Source of the DNA: Rhynchopus sp. YZ270_cl-10
Taxonomy: Eukaryota
Direction: 5' to 3'
Length of the DNA: 64,000 nucleotides
Assembly (NCBI GenBank): GCA_964035575.1
Contig: OZ037838.1
Span: 1,240,001-1,304,000, forward strand
Part shown: piece by piece, positions 1 through 11,252 of the stretch
Layout: each line of letters begins with the position of its first letter
How positions within the stretch are numbered: position 1 is the first letter of the stretch
The notes under the pieces: generated by a model
Told to the model about the DNA's origin: nothing
Database searches by the model: none
Seen by the model: only the letters and a program-made list of their open reading frames with translations
Made by a program: the position numbers and the translations under genes

Positions 1-960
1 ACTGCGTTTGATGCAGGGGTGCAGGTTGTGCTTGCCTGTCGCTTTGCCGACATCAAGTGTCCTGCTGAGTACAGTGTGCAGGAGCAAACACACGGCTTGT
101 CGCTGTCGCGTTGTGGGGAGCTCTGCGTCCATAGTGACTGGGTGGGGCATGTTGGCGGTTTCGACACAGAAACCTTTGGCACTGCCTTCACGTTCAAGGT
201 GGATGCTCAAGCAATCTTGGCGCCTGCCATCTCACGGTGCAAGACACGCTGCTACCTGGCGTGTGTGGATCACCTTCTCGAGGTTGCGCTTCCGGGTGGG
301 GAGGTGCTCCACAGAGTCGATGGCCACTCGTACTCAGTGTTCGCATGTGGCAGTGTTGTTGTCGCATCATGTGCAGACGGCGTCTCTGTGTATGACGAAG
401 ACCTGACGTTGCTCCGCTCTCTCTCGCATAAAGGGTGCGCCCAGGAGTACGGGAACATAGCAGTGTCGGACTGTGGTGGGTGGGTGATCACCTCCTCCGA
501 TGTCGAGAGCAACGCGCGTCTGTGGGATGTGAACACAGGTGAAGCTGTGGCATGTGTAGACTGTGTGCCTGTGTCAAGGTGCGCTGTCGAGCTTTCACGG
601 TCTGCCTCTGTCTTTGCTGTGGTGGGCTCTGGCAACGTGCAGCTCTTTGATTGGAGTGGTGCGGCTCTTCGCAGTGTTGATGTGGATGGGGATGTCGAGG
701 GCATGCAGTTCACCCCGTGTGGGAAATACCTTGTGATCGAGACGGCTGTGCAATGCATAGATGATGAAGATTACGGTTATGTACGCCAGTATGATGTGGC
801 GACCATGTCCTGTGTGCGTGTGATATCGCAAACTTCTGGTAGGTCCTTTGCGATATCACCGTGTTCACGTGTGGTTGTGTTAGGGTTTGAGGAAGAAAGG
901 GAAAGCAACACAAGAAGCGGTATTGTAACAAGGCATCTGTACCCACACAACAGTGAGTGA
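1..960 (+). CDS. Ubl + WD40-like propeller family, copy 1 (5' end outside window)
   Basis: Open from base 1 (TAFDAGVQVVLA, end of the Ubl domain) through family motifs DTETF, RLWDVNTGEAV, QFTPCGKYL to TRHLYPHNSE-stop. Confidence 0.9.
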   Translation, partial: TAFDAGVQVVLACRFADIKCPAEYSVQEQTHGLSLSRCGELCVHSDWVGHVGGFDTETFGTAFTFKVDAQAILAPAISRCKTRCYLACVDHLLEVALPGGEVLHRVDGHSYSVFACGSVVVASCADGVSVYDEDLTLLRSLSHKGCAQEYGNIAVSDCGGWVITSSDVESNARLWDVNTGEAVACVDCVPVSRCAVELSRSASVFAVVGSGNVQLFDWSGAALRSVDVDGDVEGMQFTPCGKYLVIETAVQCIDDEDYGYVRQYDVATMSCVRVISQTSGRSFAISPCSRVVVLGFEEERESNTRSGIVTRHLYPHNSE

Positions 961-1277
961 TGTTTCGCGAGGGGTGGGAGGCAAGGGTGTAAATAAGGTC
1001 CGAGAGTGGGGAGCCGGGAGTCGGTTATTTACAGTTGCTAAGAAGGGGATGTATGCACTGTGCACTGTGCTCGAACAGGATTTTTTTGGATCTCCTTGTT
1101 TCCATGATGCGGTAACCTTTGGAAATGGCCAGTTATTCGGCCACAGGGGGGAAGGAGGAGACAATGAGGAATGAGGTGCGGACTGAAACATGAAAGGGTC
1201 GCGGGAGGGGCAAATGATAACATATACTAAAGGAGATGCTGATGCGCACCTGAGGGAGGAACGATTGGGGGTGTCAG

Positions 1278-1372
<95 letters not shown>

Positions 1373-1374
1373 TC
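1278..1374. repeat. (GGGGTC)n microsatellite, about 16 units
   Basis: Directly visible hexamer tandem. Confidence 0.95.
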
Positions 1375-1880
1375 GGCTTATTTACACCCTTGGTGGGAGG
1401 GTGGTGACTGTAATTCTAACAGAAGGGGACAGTGCAAGTGTCTGCAGAGTGTTTACTACCAACTGCAGAGGCCACACCGTGAATCTAGCTCAAGCGGACG
1501 GCTTACTCACACATGACACACAAAGACTTCGTTGTTGTTGTGTATTTTTTCATTTCGTTTCTTGTTTACTCTTTATTTGTGAAGATGTACGTGCACGAGA
1601 GTCATATTCATGTTTCGTGTTTTCTTTGTACCAAAAAGAAAACCGACGCAGGAGCTTTTCTTGGAACTGTTTTATCCTCACCCCAACAACAACATCACAT
1701 TCAGAAAAACATTGTTTTTTCGTTTTTATGCAACCGACGCATGACGTCGATCAGAGGAGGGTGAGACGCGTTTCTCCGCCTTTCTCGAAGTACGCTGTAA
1801 TCCGGGATAACCCCCTGCACATAGGAGCTGGTACAGTACAACAAAGGGCAACGTATAGGAGCTAGGCTTCCTACGTTGAA

Positions 1881-1994
1881 TAAGGGTCGTGCGCACTGCC
1901 GTGCGCACGCGTGCGCCGCAAATTTTCAAAAAGTGCTCACGGCGTACGTGCGGCGTACGCGTACGTACGGCCGTGCGCGTGCAGCATAGCCCTA
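1881..1994. repeat. Short imperfect palindrome, possible tiny MITE
   Basis: CCGTGCGCACGCGTGCGCCGCA (1899-1920) is an imperfect inverted match to 1949-1970; ends TAAGGG / CCCTA; no clear TSD. Confidence 0.35.
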
Positions 1995-2233
1995 GTAGGA
2001 CCCCCCCTACAGTACGAGAAATTGTCCCCCCTTTTTGCCGTACGTGATATTGTCCCCCCCTCACTTTTTCTCCCGGGGGGACAATTTCACGGGGGAGGGT
2101 CGCTACCTGGAGAATATGGTCAGACCACTCTTCAGACCACCTGGCGTTTACCCCAATAATAACACTTTTTCACCGCGGAGTTTGTCGGTACAGATGATGG
2201 TTTTCGGAAGTTGGCTTTGGTAATCAGGTGGTT

Positions 2234-2734
2234 TGTGTACTGTGTACTGTGTACTGTGTACTGTGTACTGTGTACTGTGTACTGTGTACTGTGTACTGTG
2301 TACTGTGTACTGTGTACTGTGTACTGTGTACTGTGTACTGTGTACTGTGTACTGTGTACTGTGTACTGTGTACTGTGTACTGTGTACTGTGTACTGTGTA
2401 CTGTGTACTGTGTACTGTGTACTGTGTACTGTGTACTGTGTACTGTGTACTGTGTACTGTGTACTGTGTACTGTGTACTGTGTACTGTGTACTGTGTACT
2501 GTGTACTGTGTACTGTGTACTGTGTACTGTGTACTGTGTACTGTGTACTGTGTACTGTGTACTGTGTACTGTGTACTGTGTACTGTGTACTGTGTACTGT
2601 GTACTGTGTACTGTGTACTGTGTACTGTGTACTGTGTACTGTGTACTGTGTACTGTGTACTGTGTACTGTGTACTGTGTACTGTGTACTGTGTACTGTGT
2701 ACTGTGTACTGTGTACTGTGTACTGTGTACTGTA
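2234..2734. repeat. (TGTGTAC)n heptamer tandem repeat, about 71 units
   Basis: Directly visible; explains the VYCVLCT/HSTQYTV ORFs. Confidence 0.97.
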
Positions 2735-3117
2735 ATTTTTGTACTTCTTTTGTGATTGTTTTGCACTGTTTTTGTACTGGATTTAGCCACATCAGTCTTA
2801 TTGCTTTTATTTATTGTCTTCACGCTTTATCGTTGTTGTTGGGTTGGGAAATAAAACTTACCTTTCCATGAGTATAATCCGTTAAACGGAAACACAAACC
2901 GGCCTACGAGCGGTTGTGTGATACCTTCCCCGATCACACGACAGTACGGGCAGGTCATGAGGTTTCTTTTCACATCTCCTGTGTGTTTGCAGGGTATCTT
3001 CAAATTTCTTGCTTTGTCAGAGTTTGTTGAAACACGTATTCAACCCACCAACCTTATTTGTCGTTGCGAAGTGACACCACCAACCATCACATCAAACACA
3101 ACAGACCCCTTAACAAT

Positions 3118-4227
3118 ATGATGGATGTGACCTTTGTGCTGGAAGAGTCAGGCGTGACTGCGACAGTGGAGGTGCCGTGCGAGGCGGACGTTGCAGCGGC
3201 AAAGGAGGTTGCGTGCACGGCGCTTGCTGTCTCGCCTGCGTCTGTCGAGATGCGCATCGGCACGCAGGTGCTGGAGGGGACGTGCCGTCTGCAGGACACT
3301 GCGTTTGAGGCAGGGGTGCAGATCGTGCTTGCCCGCCCTCACTTGGCCGACATCAAGTGTCCTGCTGAGTACAGTGCAAAGGTGCCAACAGGAAGGCAGG
3401 ATATGGAAATAAATAGTATATCACTGTCTCCTTGTGGAGCACTCTGCCTCTTTACACAGAAGGCAGGCTATGTGACCGGCCTCGATACAGAAACCTTCAG
3501 ACCTACCTTCAAGTTCAAAGCAGACATTGAGTACGGTGTACCTTCCATCTCACGGTGCAAGACACGCTGCTACCTGGCCCGGAGCAAACGTATACACGAG
3601 GTTGCGCTTCCGGGTGGGGAGGTGCTCCGCAAAGTCGACGGCCCCTCGTACGCAGTATACGCGCGTGGCGGTGTTGTTGTCTCCCGTGGCCCAGGAGGTG
3701 TCTCTGTGTATGACGAAGACCTGACGTTGCTCCGCACTCTCTCGCACGAAGGGTGCAGTGAGGTTGTGGTGTCGCACTGTGGTGGGTGGGTGATCACCTC
3801 CTCCAATACTGAGAAGGACGCACGTCTGTGGGATGTGAACACAGGTGAAGCTGTGGCATGCGTGCCTACGGATGGGAGGTACGTCGCGCTTTCACGGTCT
3901 GCCTCTGTCTTTGCTGCGGTGTGCTCTCACGAAGTGCAGCTCTACGACTGGAGTGGTGCGGTTCTTGGCAGCTTTGACAAAGAGAAGGATCTCTTTGTCT
4001 GTTCCATGCAGTTCACTCTGTGTGGGAAGTACCTCCTACTTGAGTTGTTCGCTGATTATGCCGAACAATATTTACTGCAACAGTATGCGGTTTCGACCAT
4101 GTCCTGTGTGCGTGAATTCTCGCCCTTCAGTGTCTTTTCATTCACGATATCGCCGTGTTCACGTGTGCTACTATATGCGAAGCCGGGACGAGACACTATT
4201 GTTACCCAAAATCTGTACCCCTACTGA
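3118..4227 (+). CDS. Ubl + WD40-like propeller family, copy 2
   Basis: ATG of MMDVTFVLEESG at 3118; intact ORF to QNLYPY-stop. Confidence 0.92.
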   Translation: MMDVTFVLEESGVTATVEVPCEADVAAAKEVACTALAVSPASVEMRIGTQVLEGTCRLQDTAFEAGVQIVLARPHLADIKCPAEYSAKVPTGRQDMEINSISLSPCGALCLFTQKAGYVTGLDTETFRPTFKFKADIEYGVPSISRCKTRCYLARSKRIHEVALPGGEVLRKVDGPSYAVYARGGVVVSRGPGGVSVYDEDLTLLRTLSHEGCSEVVVSHCGGWVITSSNTEKDARLWDVNTGEAVACVPTDGRYVALSRSASVFAAVCSHEVQLYDWSGAVLGSFDKEKDLFVCSMQFTLCGKYLLLELFADYAEQYLLQQYAVSTMSCVREFSPFSVFSFTISPCSRVLLYAKPGRDTIVTQNLYPY

Positions 4228-4825
4228 GTGATATTTTGCGAGAGGTTGTGTTTTGTTCAACTTTCTCGCAGGCAGTCCACCCCCAGAACGCACCTCCTCG
4301 CTATCGCTTGGGCAGTTGCATCAGTGTTCGTTTTCGCTGCCCCCCCCCTGAATGCGTATCCTTCTTCAGCGTGAAGACATCTGCCCCTCGCATTGCCACA
4401 CACCACTCCACCACTTCGAGCCAACGACTGCAAGGTGATGGTCCTGCATTATAAAGGAATAGACAGTAGAGATTGCACAACTGTGGCAACACAACTGAGG
4501 CAACTACACTACTCCAACAATTTGTCAAAAGAATTAATACCATGCCAACCTAACAAGCTTTTGGTGTTGCATTCCTTCCCAACACAGCTGATTATTTTTA
4601 ATCCCACCACCGACCCATTTTTACCCAAAACACATCCCTCCACAGGGAAACCCGAGCAAAAACAAAAACAAAACCCCCCACACACATCGGGAGGGGTGGA
4701 GGATCCAGGGTGATTTCAGTGAGGGGGGGGATTCCCCCTCTTGCCTTTGACCCCCTCTCTCTCCCTCTCCCCCCATCCTCCACTGTTTTTTTCCCTCGCC
4801 CCTTTATTTCTTCTTCTCCCACACA

Positions 4826-5512
4826 ATGCGGACCGCGAGGCTCCCTGCAGAGAAATCTCGGAGTGCTATAGAGAGTTCGGAGGTGCCGCTGTTTAGCTCT
4901 TTTAATACGAGTTTTCAGTTTTTGGGTGCGGATCCTGTGGAGTATAGAAGGCAAAGCTTCGTACAGTGCCGGCGCGGAAATCAACGGTCAAGTCTAGTTG
5001 GTAGAGTTCCTTCCAAAAATCGAACGAAACAGAAGAAATACCCACCTTCAGATGCATTGCCGCAGCTCTCTGTGCCTCCTCCGGATGTGAAGAAGGTGAG
5101 TGACGATGCGAGGTGGTTTGACGCGATGGGGACGTGGAAACCTTTTCAAAGCTCTCCGCCAGTGGGGAGAGGTGCGCTTGGTGTATTTGTGGGGTCGTTG
5201 CCACCGTTGGCATTTTGCAAACCTGAACCACCACATCAACACATCCTAGATGAGATGGAAGGGATAGGGGAAGGTGAAGGGGAAGCGCTCGGATCAACGT
5301 CGCCTGACACTGCATCAGTAGTAGACCACGTAGCACTACAGGGTGGAGGAGGGGGGGCGGGGTCACCGCTGTCCAGTGCAGTCGGCTCGCAGAGGTCAGT
5401 GATGCATTGGGTGAGACGCCCACTGCGCGAAGAGAAATCGCGCAGGAGAACGCTGCAGTTCCACGAAGTACCATGTGAGTTTCCAATTATATGCCCTGCA
5501 ATAGTGGCATGA
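4826..5512 (+). CDS. Hypothetical ORF or exon, low-complexity protein
   Basis: 228-codon ORF with protein-like composition in its 3' part and a possible GTGAGT donor near 5475; no recognisable domain. Confidence 0.3.
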   Translation: MRTARLPAEKSRSAIESSEVPLFSSFNTSFQFLGADPVEYRRQSFVQCRRGNQRSSLVGRVPSKNRTKQKKYPPSDALPQLSVPPPDVKKVSDDARWFDAMGTWKPFQSSPPVGRGALGVFVGSLPPLAFCKPEPPHQHILDEMEGIGEGEGEALGSTSPDTASVVDHVALQGGGGGAGSPLSSAVGSQRSVMHWVRRPLREEKSRRRTLQFHEVPCEFPIICPAIVA

Positions 5513-6023
5513 GTTCTGTTGTCTTTCGTATGGCGTGGGGGTAGCGTACCAACTAAAAACGAATCGGTGTTTATTATTTTTATTGGAGCTCATCTAGGTG
5601 TCTGGTGTCTACACTATTATGACTGTTTTTCAAAGAAGAAAATGAGAACTAGAGGGGGGAAAGATGTCCTTATCTGATGAAAAGAAAGCAAAAAAGAAAA
5701 GAAAAGAATGACTGTCACTTCCGTGAAAAGTCGTGGGAAAAAAAAGGTTTTATCTTTAGGGTGTATTTTACGAATTTATTGTGATTCGCATGTGAATTTG
5801 GACAAAAATAGGGTCCCAAAAATCGTCTTGAAGCTTTGTACTTTCTCTTTGAAAGTTGATGAAAAATATTACCTTTTTTTTTTTTTTGTACAGAACTTAT
5901 CTTTGATATGGCGTGCACAGCGAAGAGCACAGCTCTAGCTTGGTTTTGTTTTTTCGTTTTTTGTTTTTCGTCTTTTTTCCCCTTCTTCAATATATCGTTT
6001 TTTTTTTTTTTGAACGTCTGTTG

Positions 6024-6567
6024 CAGGGAAATAGCTTGGTTTTCCTCCAAAATCAGGAATTATGCGAAAACGAAATTTTTTTTTTCGCCCGGTCGAAAGC
6101 GGTCGTTGCGCGCTTCGCGCAAGCCTCCCTGAGTGGAGAGGCGAAAGGTCAAATTGCGAGATAACAAAAAAAACGGAATGTAATCCCTTATTACGGAGCT
6201 TGGTCTTGCACCTTACGTTCCACTAACCGTATGGAAAAAAAATAAATGGCGCAGGCGAAAAAAAAAAATAGGGTACGGTGTAAAAATGCTGGTTTACAAC
6301 CACACAGTCACTCAACAAACCCTTTTTTGCGGAGCAAAAAAGGAAAATGGCGCCGCCGGCAAAAAAAAAATAAGGGGTGCGGTACCTCTGCGAGCGCAGC
6401 GAGCGAAAATTTTAAGATTCCATCATTCCAGTCATTTGGGAGATCTGGGGGTCGGGCGAGGGGCCCCCAAAAGTGCCCCAAAATCCCCTCTTTTTTTTTT
6501 TTTTTCCCCCCCAAAAATCCAGAATTATGCGATGTCGCATAATTCGGTATATGGAGCTATTTCCCTG
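6024..6567. mobile_element. hAT-type MITE, 544 bp
   Basis: 13 bp TIR CAGGGAAATAGCT / AGCTATTTCCCTG; perfect 8 bp TSD GTCTGTTG at 6016-6023 and 6568-6575; internal hairpin GAATTATGCGA-TG-TCGCATAATTC. Confidence 0.9.
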
Positions 6568-7881
6568 GTCTGTTGTGTGCTTTCTCTTCGAATGGAAAGT
6601 TTATGAAATGTATTGGTTTTTTTAGATCGTTGTCGACATTACACTAAACGCGTACCTCTTTATATGGGACAACAACGAGTTGTGCCCCGCCCTCCCCCCT
6701 TTAGGTCTCTGTTGCATCCTTGTGTCCACGATACAAGAGCCTGCACGTTTGCGCATAACGTCCCAAATAAGTTACTTTCCCCGCCCATTACAAGGTGACT
6801 ACCACACGCGAGGCTTAGGTTCATCTTACAGTCTTGTTATGATTTCAATGAATTTGGACAAGAAAAATTCGGCAAAAAAAAAAGTGTTCATTTTTTTTGT
6901 CCAAAATTATTCTGATCGCGGCGTTTTTGTTTTATGAAAGCTAATATTTTATTACACTCGATGGTCAAATGTAGCAAAAATCTATTTTCTTTTAAAAAGA
7001 ACACGTTATAGAGCTGTGGGGGCTCTAACGAGTTTACCTGGTCTGTTCTTATCGTGTATTGATGTCCACTTTTAGGGGTTCTTCCCTTATATTTACTTGC
7101 ACTTTTCAATTTCTCTTTATTCCCTTTGTGTTTTTGTTTTGGTTCGCTCGTTCACAGTGTACCAATATACACTGTCGCAAGCTGTTGCATTTCAAGCCTT
7201 ATTTGTTGCTCCGAACATGATCAAGGTGACTAAGCACGAGAGGCTTCGGGTCATCTTATTATTCTGATGTGCATTACATATGATGGGCAATTCTCACCAT
7301 ACAGCCACAACGTTGATGGGGGTACATCGTCCAGATGCACGATTTAAGCCTATTTTTTCCCAGACAAATATCATGGCCAGCCCTATGAGGACTCTGGTGC
7401 ACTCGGACTCCTCCGTGCGTAAGGCGTTTATGGTTACCGCTATTTTTCTTGCTCCATTGTAATTGTCCATGGAAACACAAGAATAGGAGTACCGTGTTAA
7501 TTCACAGAACTCTACAGTCGGTTGTGCGTATTCTGACAACCAAAACAAAGAAAAGGACAGAAAAATAAGAAATGCAGGAAACATAGGCAAACAAAACAAA
7601 GAGAGCCAAAGGGACAATAAAGAGTGGGTGGGGGTGTGGTCGGTGGGTCTCCAGGGAGATTTGTATCGAAGAAGAAGAAAAAGACAGTACGTTACGTGGA
7701 ACGAACACCTTACCCCCTCTTTTGCTCCTTACGCTTGAACACTCCTTAACCTCTGTTGTCAGTTTCGTTTTGGTGTTTTTCATCAACACAAGGAGGCCTT
7801 TGGCAGCCCGAACGCTCTCCTTTTATCGCAACAGACCCTCTCACCAACCATCACATCAAACACAACAGACCCCTTAACACC

Positions 7882-9024
7882 ATGATGGATGTGACCTTTG
7901 TGCTGGAAGAGTCAGGCGTGACTGCGACAGTGGAGGTGCCGTGCGAGGCGGACGTTGCAGCGGCAAAGGAGGTTGCGTGCACGGCGCTTTCTGTCTCGCC
8001 TGCGTCTGTCGAGATGCGCATCGGCACACAGGTGCTGGAGGGGACGTGCCGTCTGCAGGACACTGCGTTTGATGCAGGGGTGCAGGTTGTGCTTGCCCGC
8101 CCTCGCGTTGCTGACATCAAGTGTCCTGCTGAGTACAGTGTAGAGGCGCCAACTGGGAGGCATCGGATGAATGTTAATCATGTATCGCTGTCTCCTTGTG
8201 GAGCACTCTGCCTCGTTACACAGGCTCTCTATTTTCAGAAGGCAGGCCATGTCACTGGCCTCGATACAGAAACCTTCAACCCTGCCTTCAAGTTCAAAGT
8301 AAACATTGAGGTGTGCGGTGCGCCTGCCATCTCACGATGCAAGACACGCTGCTATCTGCCGTGCAGGGAAGGTCTGCACGAGGTTGCGCTTCCTGGTGGG
8401 GAGGTGCTCCGCAAAGTCGACCCCTCGATTCAAGTGTTTGCGTGTGGCAGTGTGGTTGTCTCCCGTGGCCAAGGTATCGTCTCTGTGTATGACGAAGACC
8501 TGACGTTGCTCCGCTCTCTCTCGCACGAAGGGTGCAGTGGGGTCGTGGCATCGCACTGTGGTGGGTGGGTGATCACCTCTTCCGTCGCTGAGAAGAATGT
8601 ACGTTTGTGGGATGTGAACACGGGTGAAGATGTGGCATGTGTTCCGGCGAAAGGGAGTAACCTGGCGCTTTCACGGTCTGCCTCTGTCTTTGCTGTGGGG
8701 CACTCTGAGAAAGTGCAGCTCTATGACTGGAGTGGTGCGGCTCTTGGCAGCTTTGAAAAGGAGCAGTATTGCGTCTTTGCCGTGCAGTTCACTCCATGTG
8801 GGAAGTACGTCGTTGTCGGCTTTCAGGATGGTGCACCATTTTTTGATCCATCTCGTGAGCAGTATTCTCTGCACCAGTATGATGTGGCGACCATGTCCTG
8901 TGTGCGTGTGATACAGGAAGCCAAAGGACTATGTGCGATATCGCCGTGTTCACGTGTGGTTGTGTTCCATGAAGGAGGAGGTGCCGCAGGAAGCCTTGTG
9001 ACACAACATCTGTACCCCCACTGA
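7882..9024 (+). CDS. Ubl + WD40-like propeller family, copy 3
   Basis: ATG of MMDVTF at 7882; intact ORF to TQHLYPH-stop. Confidence 0.92.
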   Translation: MMDVTFVLEESGVTATVEVPCEADVAAAKEVACTALSVSPASVEMRIGTQVLEGTCRLQDTAFDAGVQVVLARPRVADIKCPAEYSVEAPTGRHRMNVNHVSLSPCGALCLVTQALYFQKAGHVTGLDTETFNPAFKFKVNIEVCGAPAISRCKTRCYLPCREGLHEVALPGGEVLRKVDPSIQVFACGSVVVSRGQGIVSVYDEDLTLLRSLSHEGCSGVVASHCGGWVITSSVAEKNVRLWDVNTGEDVACVPAKGSNLALSRSASVFAVGHSEKVQLYDWSGAALGSFEKEQYCVFAVQFTPCGKYVVVGFQDGAPFFDPSREQYSLHQYDVATMSCVRVIQEAKGLCAISPCSRVVVFHEGGGAAGSLVTQHLYPH

Positions 9025-9776
9025 TGCAGTCCACCCTGTGTGGGAAGTACCTCCTCGCTGTCGCTGAGTACTGCGGTGTGTAACACTGCGTTGCTATCGT
9101 GCGTTGCATCAGTATTTGCGTTGCACCCTCGACCTACTAGCCTGCGAGGGAATTCTTTTTCAGTAAACACATAATGTTTTGTATACAAACATACGAAGCG
9201 GTACGCGTACGGTTTGTAAGGAAATAATACAAACCGAAATGATTGGGCTCTTTCGGATTGAATGATTTGAATAGTGTGTGTGTGTGTTCGGAAATATATA
9301 CTGTCTCTTTTCTAGCTTGTTTAATGTTCATTGTTTTCCTTTCATTGCCCTTTGCTTGTGCTCCCCGACTCCAATTCAATCAATACTCACAGAGGGGGCC
9401 AAAAATACAATTAGCGTTTCTCGTTTTTCAAAAAAAAGGGATGCGTCCAATGAAAATCACGTCAGTAGAAAAGTTCGAGAATGTAGGTTTTATTATTTTG
9501 ACAAAATGCTCGCGTCCCTCGTGAAACGTCGCGCGTCTGCGTATCCCCCTGCCCTTGTTCCCCCTCTCACTCTTTTCCCCTGTGCTTCACGATACTTTCT
9601 GTACTTCAGGCAAACACATCCATACCACAACTCTCGCGCATTTTCAGATACTTTCACGATAACGACCACACCACCCTTTACCGGACAGACACAACAAAAA
9701 TATCACGGACACACACACAAACAACCCACACCCCATCTCCTTCCTGACAGAGGTAGAACAAGAAGAAGACAAAACA

Positions 9777-10892
9777 ATGGATGTGACCTTTGTGCTGGAA
9801 GAGTCAGGCGTGACTGCGACAGTGGAGGTGCCGTGCGAGGCGGACGTTGCAGCGGCAAAGGAGGTTGCGTGCACGGCGCTTGCTGTCTCGCCTGCGTCTG
9901 TCGAGATGCGCATCGGCACGCAGGTGCTGGAGGGGACGTGCCGTCTGCAGGACACTGCGTTTGGTGAAGGGGTGCAGGTTGTGCTTGCCTGTCCTCGCTT
10001 GGCCGACATCAAGTGTCCTGCTGAGTACAGAGCAACGCATTTGGGAAGCGTGAGACTGTCGCGTTGTGGAACACTCTGCATCTATGGTGACTGGAAGGGG
10101 CATGTTGGCGGTTTCGACACAGAAACCTTCGAAACTGTCTTCTCGTTTGAACTGGGCATTAACCTGGTTGGTACGCCTGTCCTCTCACAGTGCAAGACAC
10201 GCTGCTACGTGACGTGCAAGGAAGGCTTACAGAAGATTGCGCTTCCGGGTGGGGAGGTGCTCCACAGAGTCGACGGACACTCGTATTCAGTGTTCGCGTG
10301 TGGCGGTGTTGTGTTATCGAAGGGCAGAGACGGCGTCTCTGTGTATGACGAAGACCTGACGTTGCTCCGCTCTCTCTCACATGAAGTGTGCAGTGGGGTG
10401 GCAGTATCGGACTGTGGTGGGTGGGTGATCACCTCCTCCGAAACAGAGAATAACGCACGTCTGTGGGATGTGAACACAGGTGAAGCTGTGGCATGTGTGC
10501 CTGCGGATTCCTGGTACGAAGGGTTGGCGCTTTCGCGGGCTGCCTCTGTCTTTGCTGTGCCGGGTTCTGGAAACATACAGCTCTATGATTGGAGTGGTGC
10601 TGCTCTTGGCAGCATTGACGTGGATGGGGAGGTTGGAGGCATGCAGTTCACCCCGTGTGGGAAGTACCTTGTGGCCAAGGTGGAGGTTGATGGGCACACC
10701 TTTGCCGAAGAGCATTGTTCTTACTATGCACAACTGCACCAGTATGATGTGGCGACCTTGTCCTGTGTGCGTGTGATGTCGCAAACCAAGGGTGGGTCAT
10801 TTGTGATATCACCGTGTTCATGTGTGGTTGTGTGGGCTGATGGTACACATGACATTACAACAGAGTATCTGTACCCACATAACAGTGAGTGA
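9777..10892 (+). CDS. Ubl + WD40-like propeller family, copy 4
   Basis: Intact 371 aa ORF with all family motifs. Confidence 0.92.
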   Translation: MDVTFVLEESGVTATVEVPCEADVAAAKEVACTALAVSPASVEMRIGTQVLEGTCRLQDTAFGEGVQVVLACPRLADIKCPAEYRATHLGSVRLSRCGTLCIYGDWKGHVGGFDTETFETVFSFELGINLVGTPVLSQCKTRCYVTCKEGLQKIALPGGEVLHRVDGHSYSVFACGGVVLSKGRDGVSVYDEDLTLLRSLSHEVCSGVAVSDCGGWVITSSETENNARLWDVNTGEAVACVPADSWYEGLALSRAASVFAVPGSGNIQLYDWSGAALGSIDVDGEVGGMQFTPCGKYLVAKVEVDGHTFAEEHCSYYAQLHQYDVATLSCVRVMSQTKGGSFVISPCSCVVVWADGTHDITTEYLYPHNSE

Positions 10893-10984
10893 CGATATTA
10901 TATTTTTTGTGGGGGATAGTTAAACACTACAAACCTTAAGGACGCTCTCTTTTTTATCCAAAAACTGACCCCCCTCCCCATCCC

Positions 10985-11054
10985 GGCTATGTGACCGGCC
11001 TCGATACAGAAACCTTCAGCATGGAGGGAAGTCCTTCGAGGTTGCAAGACACGC
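10985..11054 (+). pseudogene. Orphan fragment of the propeller coding sequence
   Basis: GGCTATGTGACCGGCCTCGATACAGAAACCTTC matches copies 2 and 6, followed by TGCAAGACACGC (CKTR). Confidence 0.7.
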
Positions 11055-11252
11055 AGCCCTTGCGGCGCTCTCGTGTGGGTGACAGATGTCGCGATCCTGA
11101 ATGTTGTTTTCCATTCGTCACCTCTCACAACGAGAACCACCACAAACATGCAACACAGAACAACACCTCTCCCCCACCCACCTCGTCACTCCCTCCGTTT
11201 GTGGTGGAGCAAACGTGCTGATTTGCACCTTCTCACGAATCAATGCAAAACA

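Noticed and set aside
1190..1516. Gly-Arg repeat ORF
   Set aside because: Produced by (GGGGTC)n; flanks are not protein-like. It is also not a telomere repeat, being internal and not TTAGGG
2148..2871. Long ORFs in several frames (VYCVLCT / HSTQYTV)
   Set aside because: Artefacts of a stop-free heptamer microsatellite
7756..7881. N-terminal extensions on family ORFs in the track (also at 3058, 11073, 39751, 59118)
   Set aside because: They begin mostly at non-ATG codons and are not conserved; homology starts at the shared M(M)DVTF ATG
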